Assembly: GCA_029953675.1 (NCBI GenBank)
Contig: JAMWBK010000003.1
Span: 1,178,001-1,242,000 of the forward strand
Direction: 5' to 3'
DNA length: 64,000 nt
DNA from: Rhodosorus marinus CCMP1338
Taxonomy: Eukaryota; Plantae; Rhodophyta
Shown here piece by piece: positions 23,596 to 36,570 of this stretch. The notes under the pieces are model-generated. The model had not been told where the DNA came from and made no database searches. It saw only the letters and a list, made by a program, of their open reading frames with translations. Made by a program: the position numbers and the translations under genes. Position 1 is the first letter of the stretch; each line of letters starts with the position of its first letter.

Positions 23596-25197
23596 ATGAA
23601 GAAGGTAGAGGTTGACGATGGGATTGCGAGGTTTCTTCAGGCGTTTGAATCGATGAGCAAGCCATTTCCTGATGGATTGACGCTTGGGGAGCATCTGGTT
23701 GCGGGTAGGTCTCCTCTCCTTGGTTTCTTCGGGAGCTGTTTGTCCACGTTTTGGTGCTTGCTCCGAATTGCATTTGAGTTGATTTTTGGCATTTTGATTT
23801 CTCGAATTTGGTTGAAACGCTGCAGGTGCAGTCGCTACTGGGGCCTCAGTCTTTGCCATGCATCCTATGGACACAATCAAGACGTTCATTCAAAAGACTC
23901 GAGTATCGGATGGGGTTGAGGTCGTAAAGAAACTGAACATTTTCAGCGCTTCTGGACAGCTAATCAAGGAGAGCGGTACGATTTCAACATTCTGATATAC
24001 AAATTCTTAATACAAATCTGGCAAAGAACTTCTTCAAAATCTTCGCTGCGTTCCTGACGCTGAGTGGCCTAAGACTCCCTTCACAGGTCCTCTCGGTTTC
24101 TACAAAGGCGTGGGTCCGAACGTTTTCGGTCAAGCACCCGCTGGAGCTGTGAAGTTTGCCGCCTTTGAAGGCCTGAGCATTTGGGCCGACCGGAAACTGT
24201 TCGAAACAAAGAAGCTTGGGACAAATCTGAAACCCTTGGTGGATCTTGGATGCGCTGCTATCGCTTTTTGTGTATGCAGCGTTGTCCTGGTTCCAGGAGA
24301 GGTACCGAGAGGGACAACAAAAAAAAGCAGGAGTTGCCAAGAAACATCCTAAGCCGTTTGCATTACTTTGCATTACTCTGCGTTACTCGGTCGCTTCAGG
24401 TAGTCAAACAGAGACTCCAAGCTGGTATTTATTCAGGCTCCAGAGAAGCCCTAAGATCTATCTGGACCGCGGAAGGTGCGCGTGGATTCTATACAGGGTT
24501 TTCTGCGACTCTAGCGAGGGATGTACCCTATACGATGCTTGAGTTTGGTCTTTACCATCAGTTCAAGAGGTAAGCGTACGCGATCAAGGTTCTCCCTTAA
24601 CTGATTGGCTGATGATGAATGTCGATTCGCGTGACTTTTTTAGAGTTCTAAGGTGGATCATTAGCAAGGACAAACTTTCAAGTCAAGAAGAGCTGATGAT
24701 GGGTGGTCTGGCGGGAGGATTTACTGGATTTGTGACGACGCCATTGGATGTAGCGAAGACGAGAATCATGACTCAAGCTGTGGGTTCTAGTCATAGGTAG
24801 GTTATGGATGGTTGATACCCCACTAGCTGGGGGAGTTTCGTGTGGACTATTGTTTGACGTGTTCCTGTTGAATGGCATAGGTATAAGAACTTTCTTGAAG
24901 CCATGGTTGATATAACAAGAAAAGAAGGACTCGCGGCAAACTTTAGGGGTGGTACTGCGAGAGTTTTGTGGCTGGTTCCGTTCACTGCGATATATTTTGG
25001 AGTTCATGAGAAGAGCAAGAGGATGTTGCTCAAGCGGTGCGGTTCAACCTCTTCTCAATGAATCATATTACTTGCTTTTCAGATCTAAAGGTATTGCTTT
25101 TGCTTGCCGTGTTACCGCTCGTCTCACTCGTAGGAAAGGGCACGTGATCAGTCATCAAATGGTTCGTTCGAAGAGGATGCAACAGGCCAATTGCTAG
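23596..25197 (+). CDS. Mitochondrial carrier family protein, S-adenosylmethionine-carrier-like
   Basis: About seven exons with three carrier signatures (HPMDTIK, VPGE|VVKQRLQ, TPLDVAKTRIM), plus FYKGVG, GFYTGFSATLARDVPYTMLEFGLY and FRGGTARVLWLVPFTAIYFGVHE. Start codon is tentative. Confidence 0.9.
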
Positions 25198-25853
25198 TTG
25201 GCTTTTCTTCTTAGAACCCTTGGCGTCGCTGTCATAGGCGCAATCTCCTGTGGACGGCCCTCGCCTAGATGCTCGTGAGCGACCTTGGAGTGGCATCCAA
25301 CTCGAGGCCTAGGTTCTCGTCTCAGTCCGAAATTGATTCTCTTGATTGCGCTCGGTACTGAGGACTTTTGTACCTGCATCAACCCATGATAATTTTTTTG
25401 TATGTCCTCCCTGGCTCTGGTCGTACAGGAAACGGATCCAGGGAGACTCTGTAAAACGAAGCAACAACTTTTTACTTCTTCCCATCCTAGGTTGTTGCAC
25501 ATCAACATCGACAAACCGCAGGCGCAAGAGCGGCTTGCAGCGTTCAGTAGAGACAAAGTGAAACGCTCAGGGGAGTGATTTCTTCTTAAGAGGCTTCTCA
25601 AGTTATAGATCTCAAACCCATTTGTGATTAATGGATTTCCTCAACTCATTCCTTCTATCTACAAAGTTCGAGTTTGGATGAGGGGCGGCGATGCCAAATA
25701 CTTTTTTTTTAAGTCACATTTCATAGATAAGCATCGTGCACTCCTCATAGAGCGGACTCACGAATTTTCGGTAATTTTGCAGACGGACGTAGCGACTTCT
25801 TATGTGTCTCCTGTTCAATCAGTCCAAACAAGACTGGAGCAACTAGTCCGGTC

Positions 25854-27157
25854 TCATTTGTCTGTTCTGGTCCTTTGATTTCTGATTTGCTTATTGTGCT
25901 TCCTGAGAAGCTCTGTTAGTTCACTGTGTGCATCAGCTTTGCGTTTTCGTGGTGGTACATGTGCCGTTCTTGATGACGTAAATTCAACCTGCGTGGGATT
26001 GGAGCAAAATTCGTCAGCCTTGTTCCACCGGAGTAGCAGGGCACTTCCACCGTCAAGGCCATACACAAGAAAATGAACCGATGGCCACGTACCCTTGATT
26101 TGTGTCTTGTTTGAGCCACTTGCTGTACTTTAGAGGGCCTACTAGAGAGATTCTCCTTATCAGCTTCGTCGGGTCTTTCTGCCTTTACCCTAAGCGATGT
26201 CTTCTCTGATTCCCTCGTTCGAACCTGTTCAGGACCAGCGGTGACCGAAGCAGAGGCCGCAGGCGGAGCATTTGCCATGGTTCTTGTTCTTGTTCTTAGG
26301 TTTTCGGGGTTACTGTTGTTCGATTGACAACTGTTTGGCGCAGATACTTGATGCAACTGGTTTTGTGACCTCCGGCGCTTCCTCGCTTCTCGAACTTTTC
26401 TGTTGTGTTCTTCCAGCATCTTTTGAAGACCAGACTCTTCGTTGTCATTTAAATATGCAACAGGATGACCTTTGTTTGGTTCATCGACTGCGTTCATCCG
26501 CGGCGGTGACACGGTCACGGACGGCTCTGCATTTGGTACACTACGTTGTCTTGCCTGGACTTTGGTTAGCCTTTCCTCACGCTTTCGCGCTTCCAGCTCG
26601 CGGTTGTGCTTCCTCAATAAAAGTTCTACCTCCCGTGCCTGTCTTTCCTCTCTCATTGGATGGACAACCGGATCCCGCCTCCTCTTTCGTGCTGGAGCTG
26701 GTTCCTCATCTTCCCCATCATCGAATTTCAGGACACGCCTGGTCTTGTCCTCTTCAAACACCGTCTCCACCGGGGGAGAACCTTTTCTCCTCACCCGTCT
26801 CGCTGAACCAGATAATGGTGTCTTTAGAAGAGACCTCGAAGTTCTCGAGTCTAGATCAGGGCTCTTGAGAATCCCTGAGTTGTCTTTGTTCGGGCTTGCT
26901 ACTATGGAGTCGACAGCGTTTTGTCGACGAGCTCCTTGTGGTTCTCCCCATTCACTTGGGCTCAGTACCGGTTGAAGAGACGGTCTCTCCTCTGGCTCGT
27001 GAAGCGGATGCTCCCTCTCAAACCAGTCCGATCCTGTTTCCTGATCGACATCCTCATAACGCAGGTCCTGCTCCAGCTCAACAGCCAAGTTGCAGTATCT
27101 CGGAGCTGAGAATTCAAAGGAGGATCCCGGCCTCCCTCGGTCAAAAGTATTCACCAT
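25854..27157 (-). CDS. Protein with TPX2-like N-terminal (Aurora-binding-type) motif
   Basis: Large exon from ATG 27157 to about 26092 plus a last exon ending at 25854. N-terminal FEFSAPRYCNL...SDWFEREHPLHEP resembles the TPX2 F/Y-x-F/Y-D-A-P...D-x-W-F motif. The rest is basic and disordered. Confidence 0.55.
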
Positions 27158-28441
27158 GGCGACCACAAAATAATATCGATCACCTCAACATCAGTCAAAT
27201 CTATTCAAACCCGAAACTAAGTCCTTTCCCAACGAGCAATAGCCTTCTCCCCATAAGCCCACGACTCCAAAAAAAATTCGCGACCTTCCAACCTACCTTA
27301 TTCCTTTGGGACAACAGCTAGTACCACTATCTAAACCTAGAGATATGAACTATACGTGCAATCATCTGGATTGATGTCCCTTAAGAACGATCCGTTAACA
27401 CCACACATCCCTTCGCCCAAACTGTCCAGTCCCTTCTCCAAGCACACCCTAAACCGGCAACCCAGGGTCTCCCAGCGCACGCCGCTGGCTGTGCCTCCAG
27501 TTCCCAATGTGAATCTCTCCCAGTCTGTCCCAATTTGACCCCTTCACTTTTTCCCTTCTCTTCATAGTCATTGACCTGATGCTATCGCAAACACCTACTA
27601 CAACTGCCCCGCCCCAAGACCCTGCCTGCATCCCAGTCCCCCAAAACGGCTCAAACTCACTCCCAGCTCCATGTACCCTCCCAAGATTTAAACAAACAAG
27701 AAACGCCCCCCCTGAATCTAAATCCTCAACAAGTACAATCACTGAAATACGTACTATTTGTTGACTTTGTTTCAGCTTATCGATGCTCTCACAAGGCCTG
27801 GGAAGGTGAAGATTACTAGCCGTTACATTTGCCAGATATTGATTTTTGTTTATAAAAAGTAGTTTTGAAAAACTCATGTTTTTCGGTATATCCAACACAC
27901 GTACGGAGGGGGTTGAGAAAATTTGAAGACTGAAAAAGATTTGTTTAGATAATTAGTTTGGGGCGGTTGTACTTGGAAACATGAATACAGGGGTAGATGA
28001 ACAATCCAATGGATCCTGTTTATTGATTATTTTATGGGTTCGGAGGTTCGGTGCCAGCTTTGTGGTTGCGATTCTCGTCTTTCATGATGATCACTGGGAT
28101 GCCTCTGGCTGGACTGTTCAGGTAGGATATCTACGCTAGCGACGCAGTCGAAGTGACTACCGTTCAATGCATTGCTGACTCAATGTCGAAAACTGCTTCT
28201 TCACATCACGGAAGCGTGCGGATATAGTCTATCATATGGTTGGCAAAGCCTGCAGTTCAGGAGAGGCGTGGTGTTTGCTTCGGAGCGTGTGAAGCAGCGG
28301 AGAGTGGGGCTTTTCCTGCTCTTCAGCCATACCAGGTTCCGCTTCTTCCGGTTTACTTTGAGCATCCTCGAGAAACTGCGGCTAGATTTGGCTAAGTAAT
28401 GTGTACTTCTACATACATTAGTTCTAATGATAGAGTGTACT

Positions 28442-29896
28442 TTAAATTTTCTTGTTTACGAAAACGTTGTCCACGGTTTTCGCCGTGCCGTTATTTGGGC
28501 TGGGTTCGATTTCGAGCAGCTTACATATTGTGGCGTAAACATCCACCGATTTGAAGTTGTCTATTCTCCGACCATCAGATGGGAAACCGGGGCCGTTCGC
28601 TATAAATATCGCTTGCATGTTCTGTTCATCATTTGCAAAGCCGTGGTCCCCCCAAACGTCCGATTTTTGATCAAGGATGGATTTGTAGAAAAGGCTTACC
28701 CCCGGTTTGCAAAGGCTAACCACTGGAGGTCGAAAAAGAAGTGCATCCTTGTAATGCCAATTGGTCGGTGTATCTTCGACCATCATGACCTGAACACCAC
28801 CTGCGGCTTGAACTGCTTGGAGAGATTGAAAGAGCTGGCTCGAGGATGTACCATTTGTTGGGAAAAACTGTCCAAGAGGACTGGTTGCAGGAGAGATGAA
28901 GTCGTCCGTGCTCACCAAATCGTCGAACACCAAAGCATCAGCTTTTTTCATCTCCTGCATTCCATGATCGCTCACCACCACGACGCTAGTTCGATTGCTG
29001 AACGGCTGAGCGTGAATCTTCTCGATTAGTTCCCCGAGTGCCGCGTCTGCATCTTGGACTGCCTTCCTCACTTGCTCACTGTTTGGGCCGTGCTCATGGC
29101 CATTTCTATCCACATAATTCAAGTACAGCGTCACCAGCCTAGCTTCACGATCACCCGGCATGCCTTTACCTCCCAAGAAATTTATCACCTGGTTTACCCT
29201 CTTTTCATACTTCATCTCAGGATCATAGTCGAGGTAAACGTCTGGGGTAGAGAAACGGTCGGAGACTACTTCCGAGCCTGGCCAAAAGGCTGCCGCAGTA
29301 GTCAACCCAGCTCGCTTTGCTGTGCTCCACAAGGGGTCCCCAAACCACCACTTCGGATTCTTGTGATCAAAAACTGTGAAGAACGTTTCATCCCGAACGT
29401 CGTACATGTTGTTGTCAATGATGCCATGCCACGCTGGGTACAAGCCGGTCACAATGGACCAGTGGTTGGGAAACGTCTTGCTCGGCATTACCGGCTGCAT
29501 ATGAGTTGCTGATACTCCGCTTTCGCGTAGCTTTCGTAAAGTGGGTGCCAATGGCTTTCCCTCATCGTCTTTGAGGTCCAGATAATCCCATCGAAACCCA
29601 TCTATTGAAACCAGCACTACAGATGCCTTACTTATATCCAAGCTCTCATCTGTAGCGGGAACCGTCGCATCAGCATCGATCGAAGGATAGATCGCTCTCA
29701 AGATCACCGTGCCCACCACAAATGCTGCCGAAACAGATATTAAATATAAAATAACACGCTTCCAGAGGCCAGGTCTCGTTCTCCCCGTAATCAGACCGGA
29801 TCGCTCACCCTCAATCACATCATCATCTTCCACGCGAACCGGGAAATCATCCTCCACAGGAATTGGGAAATCTTCTTCATCCTGCTCAATATCCAT
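28442..29896 (-). CDS. Ectonucleotide pyrophosphatase/phosphodiesterase (NPP, alkaline phosphatase superfamily), type II membrane
   Basis: Intronless 484 aa with an N-terminal TM helix. Motifs VLVSIDGFRWDYL, PSKTFPNHWSIVTGLYPAWHGIIDN (catalytic Thr), DRNGHEHGP, VSDHGM and GDHGF. Confidence 0.95.
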   Translation of the reverse strand: MDIEQDEEDFPIPVEDDFPVRVEDDDVIEGERSGLITGRTRPGLWKRVILYLISVSAAFVVGTVILRAIYPSIDADATVPATDESLDISKASVVLVSIDGFRWDYLDLKDDEGKPLAPTLRKLRESGVSATHMQPVMPSKTFPNHWSIVTGLYPAWHGIIDNNMYDVRDETFFTVFDHKNPKWWFGDPLWSTAKRAGLTTAAAFWPGSEVVSDRFSTPDVYLDYDPEMKYEKRVNQVINFLGGKGMPGDREARLVTLYLNYVDRNGHEHGPNSEQVRKAVQDADAALGELIEKIHAQPFSNRTSVVVVSDHGMQEMKKADALVFDDLVSTDDFISPATSPLGQFFPTNGTSSSQLFQSLQAVQAAGGVQVMMVEDTPTNWHYKDALLFRPPVVSLCKPGVSLFYKSILDQKSDVWGDHGFANDEQNMQAIFIANGPGFPSDGRRIDNFKSVDVYATICKLLEIEPSPNNGTAKTVDNVFVNKKI

Positions 29897-31048
29897 CGTT
29901 AACCTTCAACCACGAAAAAAACCCCACTAGCCGCAGACCGCTCGATCCAGCCACTACCTCCAAACATATCCAGAGCTATCAGAAAGTACTAGTCATCATC
30001 TCAAAACCCATCCTAGCAGAAGATAATCCACCTTCCATCCAGCTTCATACTCATCTTCATGCGGTGTCCGTTAACAATGCCGGCGATTGATTTGAAAGAC
30101 TCTCCTGCAAAGCTTGTGGTATCTAAGCCTCGTAAAAAGCCAGCCTGCTGCATGAGGACGAGCTTATCCTTGCTTCAACCTGCCTGAACAGCTAGTGAAA
30201 GAAGTACTTTTTAAGCCGAGAGAGTCCGCTCTCTCATCAACAGCACAGCCAAGTTCCCGGCTGAAGCTTCAAACCAACTCTGCGAAACGTTGTCGTCGTG
30301 TTGGTTTCCATTCAGCCCGTTGTGAGAGAGGTTCACACAAGCACGTTCAGTTTATGTTCCTAAACGGACAGAAATATTTATTTAAAGTAGAGTAGAAACA
30401 GAAACCGCCTTTCTCATCTTCATCTGACGAGAGGCCTTCTGGCTAGAGCTTCGCTCTGTTAGTCGGCTTGTCAGTGCTTTCCAATCGCGAAAGGCTGTGA
30501 GAGGGCAATAAAGTCGTCATGTTGTGCTCTAGAATCAAGTCCACAATCTCTGTTCCAGATTATAGACTCGTCAAAATACAAGAAACATGAAGAGAGTTGT
30601 TTTTTTTCTTATCAAAGGCAAAAACTCGTCGTCCACTCCATACTGGACAAAGTCCAGTATGGAATTCGCCACCAGTCCGTACAAGGACATCGATGTGGCG
30701 AAGCTCGCCAAGAGTACTTTCACCTTTCTAAGACGAGGCTAATGCTGGAGAGGAATCCGATCATTTTTCTATGTTTCTCCCTCAGCATGAGCTGACTAGA
30801 GCGAATTCACTGCTTGAAGCTCCTTAGGTTGTAACCTCTTCGTAATCTCGCGAGGAGGGGACATTTAGATATCAATGGGACAAATATCTCCGGGGAAGAG
30901 GGTGAGTGGTGTTGATGACTGGACATGTTTTTGGGAGTGAAAGCACGTAGTTGAGGCAACGTCTGTTTGCTAAGACTAATTCCTCATCGTTATTTGAAGC
31001 TGTTCGTTGTTATCTTTGCATGGTGCGATCATTGTCTTGTATGTGAGA

Positions 31049-31852
31049 ATGGATTGTTTCGAAATATGCTTTGTGCGAACAGCCAGCTGTTCGTCATTTT
31101 TCGGTTCGAGGATGTCCTGTTGTTCAGGTCGGAGCCCTGGAGGAATATTGGAAAATGGTAGTGGACAGTGGAGGAGGAAATGGCGTGTGGAAATGTGGAC
31201 TCCAGGCGAACTTTTCGAGTTTGTAATGCAGCCGAAAGTTCTGATACCTTCTGTCACGGTTGGTTCATTCGCAATCTCAACTCAATGGTTTGACTATGGA
31301 CCAAGGAAACGGGAGGGCAATAGTCGTCTAAGTGAGCCATTTGTTCTTCGAGTGAAGAACTCAGGGCAAAAGAAGGTAATCGAATTGCCCAACGGCGTTG
31401 GATTCGGTGTCGAGAACGGCGAGACCCTCCTCAGAGCAAGAAATCGTGAGGAATTATTTGCCATCACGAAGACACTAGAACGAACGTTGGAATCTGCGTG
31501 CGCTTACGAAGTATTCCAGTGCACTTCAACCAGTGTCTCGTTCGTACGCTCCTTTCCTGGCAGACCGATAAACGCCTGGCAAGGAGAATTCCCGGATGGC
31601 CAAGTCAGCGATCTAGATGAGGTTTGGAGCAAATACTTTCTGTTATTTCTGGAGGATATAGATCGACAATGGATCAGCTATCGAGATCGGCTTGCTCTTA
31701 TCTCCAAACGAACCGAGGCAGAGTGTCGGCTTTGTGGTGGCTTGGGTAAGGTAAAATGCAGCAGGTGCGGAGGAGCTGGAGGAGAATGCGAGGTCTGCAC
31801 TGGACAGGAGCGGGTCGAATGTAAGTGGTGTCAGGGTAGTGGTGTTGCTTAG
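31049..31852 (+). CDS. DnaJ-type Cys-rich zinc-finger protein without J domain, probable plastid transit peptide
   Basis: C-terminal CRLCGGLG...CSRCGGAG...CEVCTGQE...CKWCQGSG repeats. Ser/Cys/Arg-rich N-terminus from MDCFEICF. Confidence 0.7.
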   Translation: MDCFEICFVRTASCSSFFGSRMSCCSGRSPGGILENGSGQWRRKWRVEMWTPGELFEFVMQPKVLIPSVTVGSFAISTQWFDYGPRKREGNSRLSEPFVLRVKNSGQKKVIELPNGVGFGVENGETLLRARNREELFAITKTLERTLESACAYEVFQCTSTSVSFVRSFPGRPINAWQGEFPDGQVSDLDEVWSKYFLLFLEDIDRQWISYRDRLALISKRTEAECRLCGGLGKVKCSRCGGAGGECEVCTGQERVECKWCQGSGVA

Positions 31853-32067
31853 AAGGGGTTTTAACTGTATTTCGTCATTGAGCCTGATGGCGATGGGAAC
31901 AAATTTGTAGAAGCCTACCGGTTTTGCGTGACTGGTTAGGTCGTTGCGCTCGATGTAGGAACTAGTAATAGAGCTTTGTTGTAACTTTTAGATAATTATA
32001 TGGATTCACAAGGGGCCTGGAAAAGTTTGAGCGATCTCAGCACATGCTCGAGTAGGGCCATATTTAT

Positions 32068-32454
32068 TTAAGCAAAGGCACCATACAGGACTCCCAGAAG
32101 AGCGAAACATACGGCGTGGTAGCCCTGATGAATAAGCTGTAAGGCAATAGGTCGTTTCTCAAAAAGTCCATGCATTAGCTGCGTCGAGAAGAGCAGCAGG
32201 CCAAATAGAATACCCCATCCCAAGCCCAGGAGGGCGGTGTGCGCGTTCGCCACGTCCAGGACGAAGAGAAATATCGGAGTTGAAATAAGAGGTCCGACTA
32301 CTATAGATGCAATAGCCGAAGGGCTGGGTTCCAACTCCTTCGTATTCCCGAACGCGTTCAGCGCGAACGCCTCTTTGAACATCAACTGTTCATACCAGAT
32401 CGCGCCCAAAGCCATCTGCAAGACAACTCCTCCAGCTATCGCCAACGGATGCAT
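32068..32454 (-). CDS. DUF1761-like small membrane protein
   Basis: Intronless 128 aa with four hydrophobic helices. LAIAGGVVLQMALGAIWY..LMF and FEKRP..L.LIHQGYH match the DUF1761 pattern. Confidence 0.75.
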   Translation of the reverse strand: MHPLAIAGGVVLQMALGAIWYEQLMFKEAFALNAFGNTKELEPSPSAIASIVVGPLISTPIFLFVLDVANAHTALLGLGWGILFGLLLFSTQLMHGLFEKRPIALQLIHQGYHAVCFALLGVLYGAFA

Positions 32455-33125
32455 CTTTCACCAGAATCCGACGATTCCAGACAATAACAGTAACCAAAAG
32501 GAAAAGTTCTAAGGCCAACGATCCTCCTCAAACGTTCATCTAAGCTTCAACAGTCCTCTCCCCCCCCCCCAACCCCTTCACCTACTACACAATCCAAATC
32601 CGAAAACTCCAACAAAACGCGCTGCAAGAAGAAGAAACGTAAGAAACATAGAAAGACTAAAACCCTTAAAATAAAAAGATTCCGCTGGAAAGTATCCCGT
32701 GAGATACTTAGTGAGAAAAAAGGGCCCAGCAGAGCAGCATCCCGCGCTTTCTGAGAGCTAATTCTCGTTTTTCCTGGAGGGGTGTGCTTTGCTCGGAAGT
32801 TGATAACTAGCGACGTTGAGTGAGAGGCTTGGTAGCATGTCCACAGACATTTCGATGTCCTAAGTCCGATAGCATCGTTTTTCAAGGAGGATGTTCGGAG
32901 CACGATCGATTCGGATCCTTGCATTTCTGGAGTCGTATATGTTTAAGACCTGCATATCAAATTTGCATGAACACGAGAGAGAGAGTCGGTCTGCTTGAAC
33001 GGGGAGATGGTTACACTATTCTACGCAATTTCTTGCGCGCTTCACATTTCCACTGGGAAATTCGGTCCATCTTTCCTTCCAACCAACCCAAACAGCCAAG
33101 TCTGCGAGCAAGGATTTTATAGCTG

Positions 33126-34133
33126 TTTGCTACCACTTTTGGAAGCACATTCAAGAGGGAATAATGTGGAAAACACGACCATTTCTGGTGTTTTGGGCCC
33201 TTCTCGACCTGTTCAGCCGTTCAAGGATCTTTTCTCGACTTGGTCGATCGTTCACGACTTCTCTTGGTCCCTCACGTTTCTGACCTAGGAGCCTTCCACA
33301 ACGTCTTTCCCTTGCCTCATCGCGGTGGGAAGGAAAGCAAATTGATCGATCTGGGCATCTGTGCCGTTTAGGATGGCTCGTGACGTTGTGATGTGTATTC
33401 ACGTCGACCTCAGTTAGAGCTCGACCTTTTGTTGTCCATGGATGACGATAATGTGTCCAGACGTGGGTCATCTGCACATGCGGTATGACTGTGTGCAAGT
33501 AATCGTCCTAGGTTTCAGTTCTTGGTTAGTAACATCGCGTGGTTTAGGAGTTTGTAGTGTTTCCTTCGAAGCTCGGTCAATGGACAATGGACATTGTTGA
33601 TGTAACCAGGGCGGGTGGTCCCCTGCATATGCTAGCTCAAATGGGCCTCTAAACTTAGACATTAGGTAGAAGGATTTAAATTCCTCATAGGAGACTGTGA
33701 TGATCCAATTTATCCAATCTTCGACTCGCACGACGAAGTGCAGTTTCGGCGTCGGATTGTCCATCATAAGTTAAAGCGTCGAGGCGGCACTATGCCCAAA
33801 ACCTGGAGCGCCAGTATGCGTAAGATGGATCTTACAGTCACAAGCTGAAGACCACCTTGTGGAGAAACCAGATCGCGAAGCATCTATCTACGAGCTAGAG
33901 ATGATCACCCAATTACTGGTCTCCAGCATCAGGCGCACTCCGTCGCTTAAAGTAGCCGCGACACGGCAGACCCCACGCTGGCGTTGAAGAAGCTAGATGC
34001 CGCTACGAGAAACGCGATGTTTCAGCTAAATTCGCACTTTTGCGACAACCTGAGGCTTTGACTTGTGATGGACAGTCCGACGCCGATACTTCGCTTCAAC
34101 TTGCGAATCGCAGATTGGATAAATTGGATCATC
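33126..34133. mobile_element. Decayed repeat/retroelement region: dispersed repeat copy 2 plus a head-to-head inverted pair
   Basis: 33126-33311 matches 21614-21821. 33699-33766 is the reverse complement of 34066-34133. Minus-strand VSYEEFKSFYLMSKF is gag-like. Confidence 0.5.
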
Positions 34134-35046
34134 TCAAAAGTCTTCCCCTCCCCCTCCCCCCCAAGCACTTGTCCAAATTTAATGGCTCCATTGAATCAGC
34201 TATAGTCTCGCTGTTGTACAGCGCAAATTTGCGGTGCGCAGTAGGAAAGGTTCGCGCTGTCAATCCTTTGCGGACGTGATCCTCCCCATTGTTTGCAAGA
34301 GCACAAATCAAGTTCAATCCTTGCCACAGCTTAGGGTCTCGGCCTCCCGATACGGTGCGGTAGGAGAACAAACCACCGTAGCACTACATTCGACGGCTGC
34401 TATCGAGGCGCTTGGGAGCTCTTGGAGCACAACGCCTTCCATAATGGGATATTTTCACGCTTTGACTTCCTACGCATGACTTCTCTCGAAGCAGTTCTTC
34501 TCAGGGCCCACGAATGGCCATAGATCACTGCCTAAGCCGCCTGTTGATAACTTGTAGTCCACAACGGCGTCTGACAGAGCACATGTCACTCATCTGACGA
34601 CGTTCAATCAAGTCGAACATCCTTCGCCAGCCCGGCAGTCAAGATAAAGCACTGACCATCCTCGTCATTGTGCACTTCCACTTCCTCAGCCTGAGGTAAG
34701 CCTCACCTACCTTTGAAGGTGCTGAGTAGCAAAACAAAAATGCTGATGTACAAGGATAGAGGCATCGTCTTCCAATGTATAGACAATTCACACCGTGATT
34801 CTCACACATCCTTTGGACACGAGACTGGAAGCACATTGGAAGGCGAATCTCCCAACTCGCTGGTTCGGTGGACAGAAACGACTGTCCACGGCGGGGTTTG
34901 CATTGATCGTATCTCGTCGCTCGGGAATTGGTAGGGTATTGGACTTTCGGCTGAGACTACGGGGTCTGGTTTGAGATTGGTAGATGCTGTTTCTTCGTGT
35001 TTAGGACTTAGTATAGGAATTGGAGCGATAGGAATTACAGGATTGA

Positions 35047-36297
<1,251 letters not shown>

Positions 36298-36570
36298 GAA
36301 GCTGATTTCTCGGATGGACAAATACAGAACTAGAGTAGAGACGTTCGCGGCCCGCGAACACGAGGCTTCGAACGGAGGATGACATTCTACAGACATCCAC
36401 TTGCATTCCTATCCGCAGTACCTTTTGGCGCTTTCGTTAAGAGGGGGCGGGGCGGGAGCTTAATCCTCAGTAGCCTGCGAAAATATAAAAGATTATTTAC
36501 GATAGTCTTTCTTCTATTTGATTCTCCAAAAATGTAAACATCCAAAGCTGCGGGCAACTAGCCGACCACG

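Noticed and set aside
4586-27157. TACC and TPX2-like genes as a mitotic gene cluster
   Set aside because: They are over 19 kb apart with unrelated genes between; no evidence of more than chance linkage.
28427-29512. Plus-strand ORFs of 200 and 152 aa
   Set aside because: Antisense shadows of the NPP gene with no recognisable motifs.
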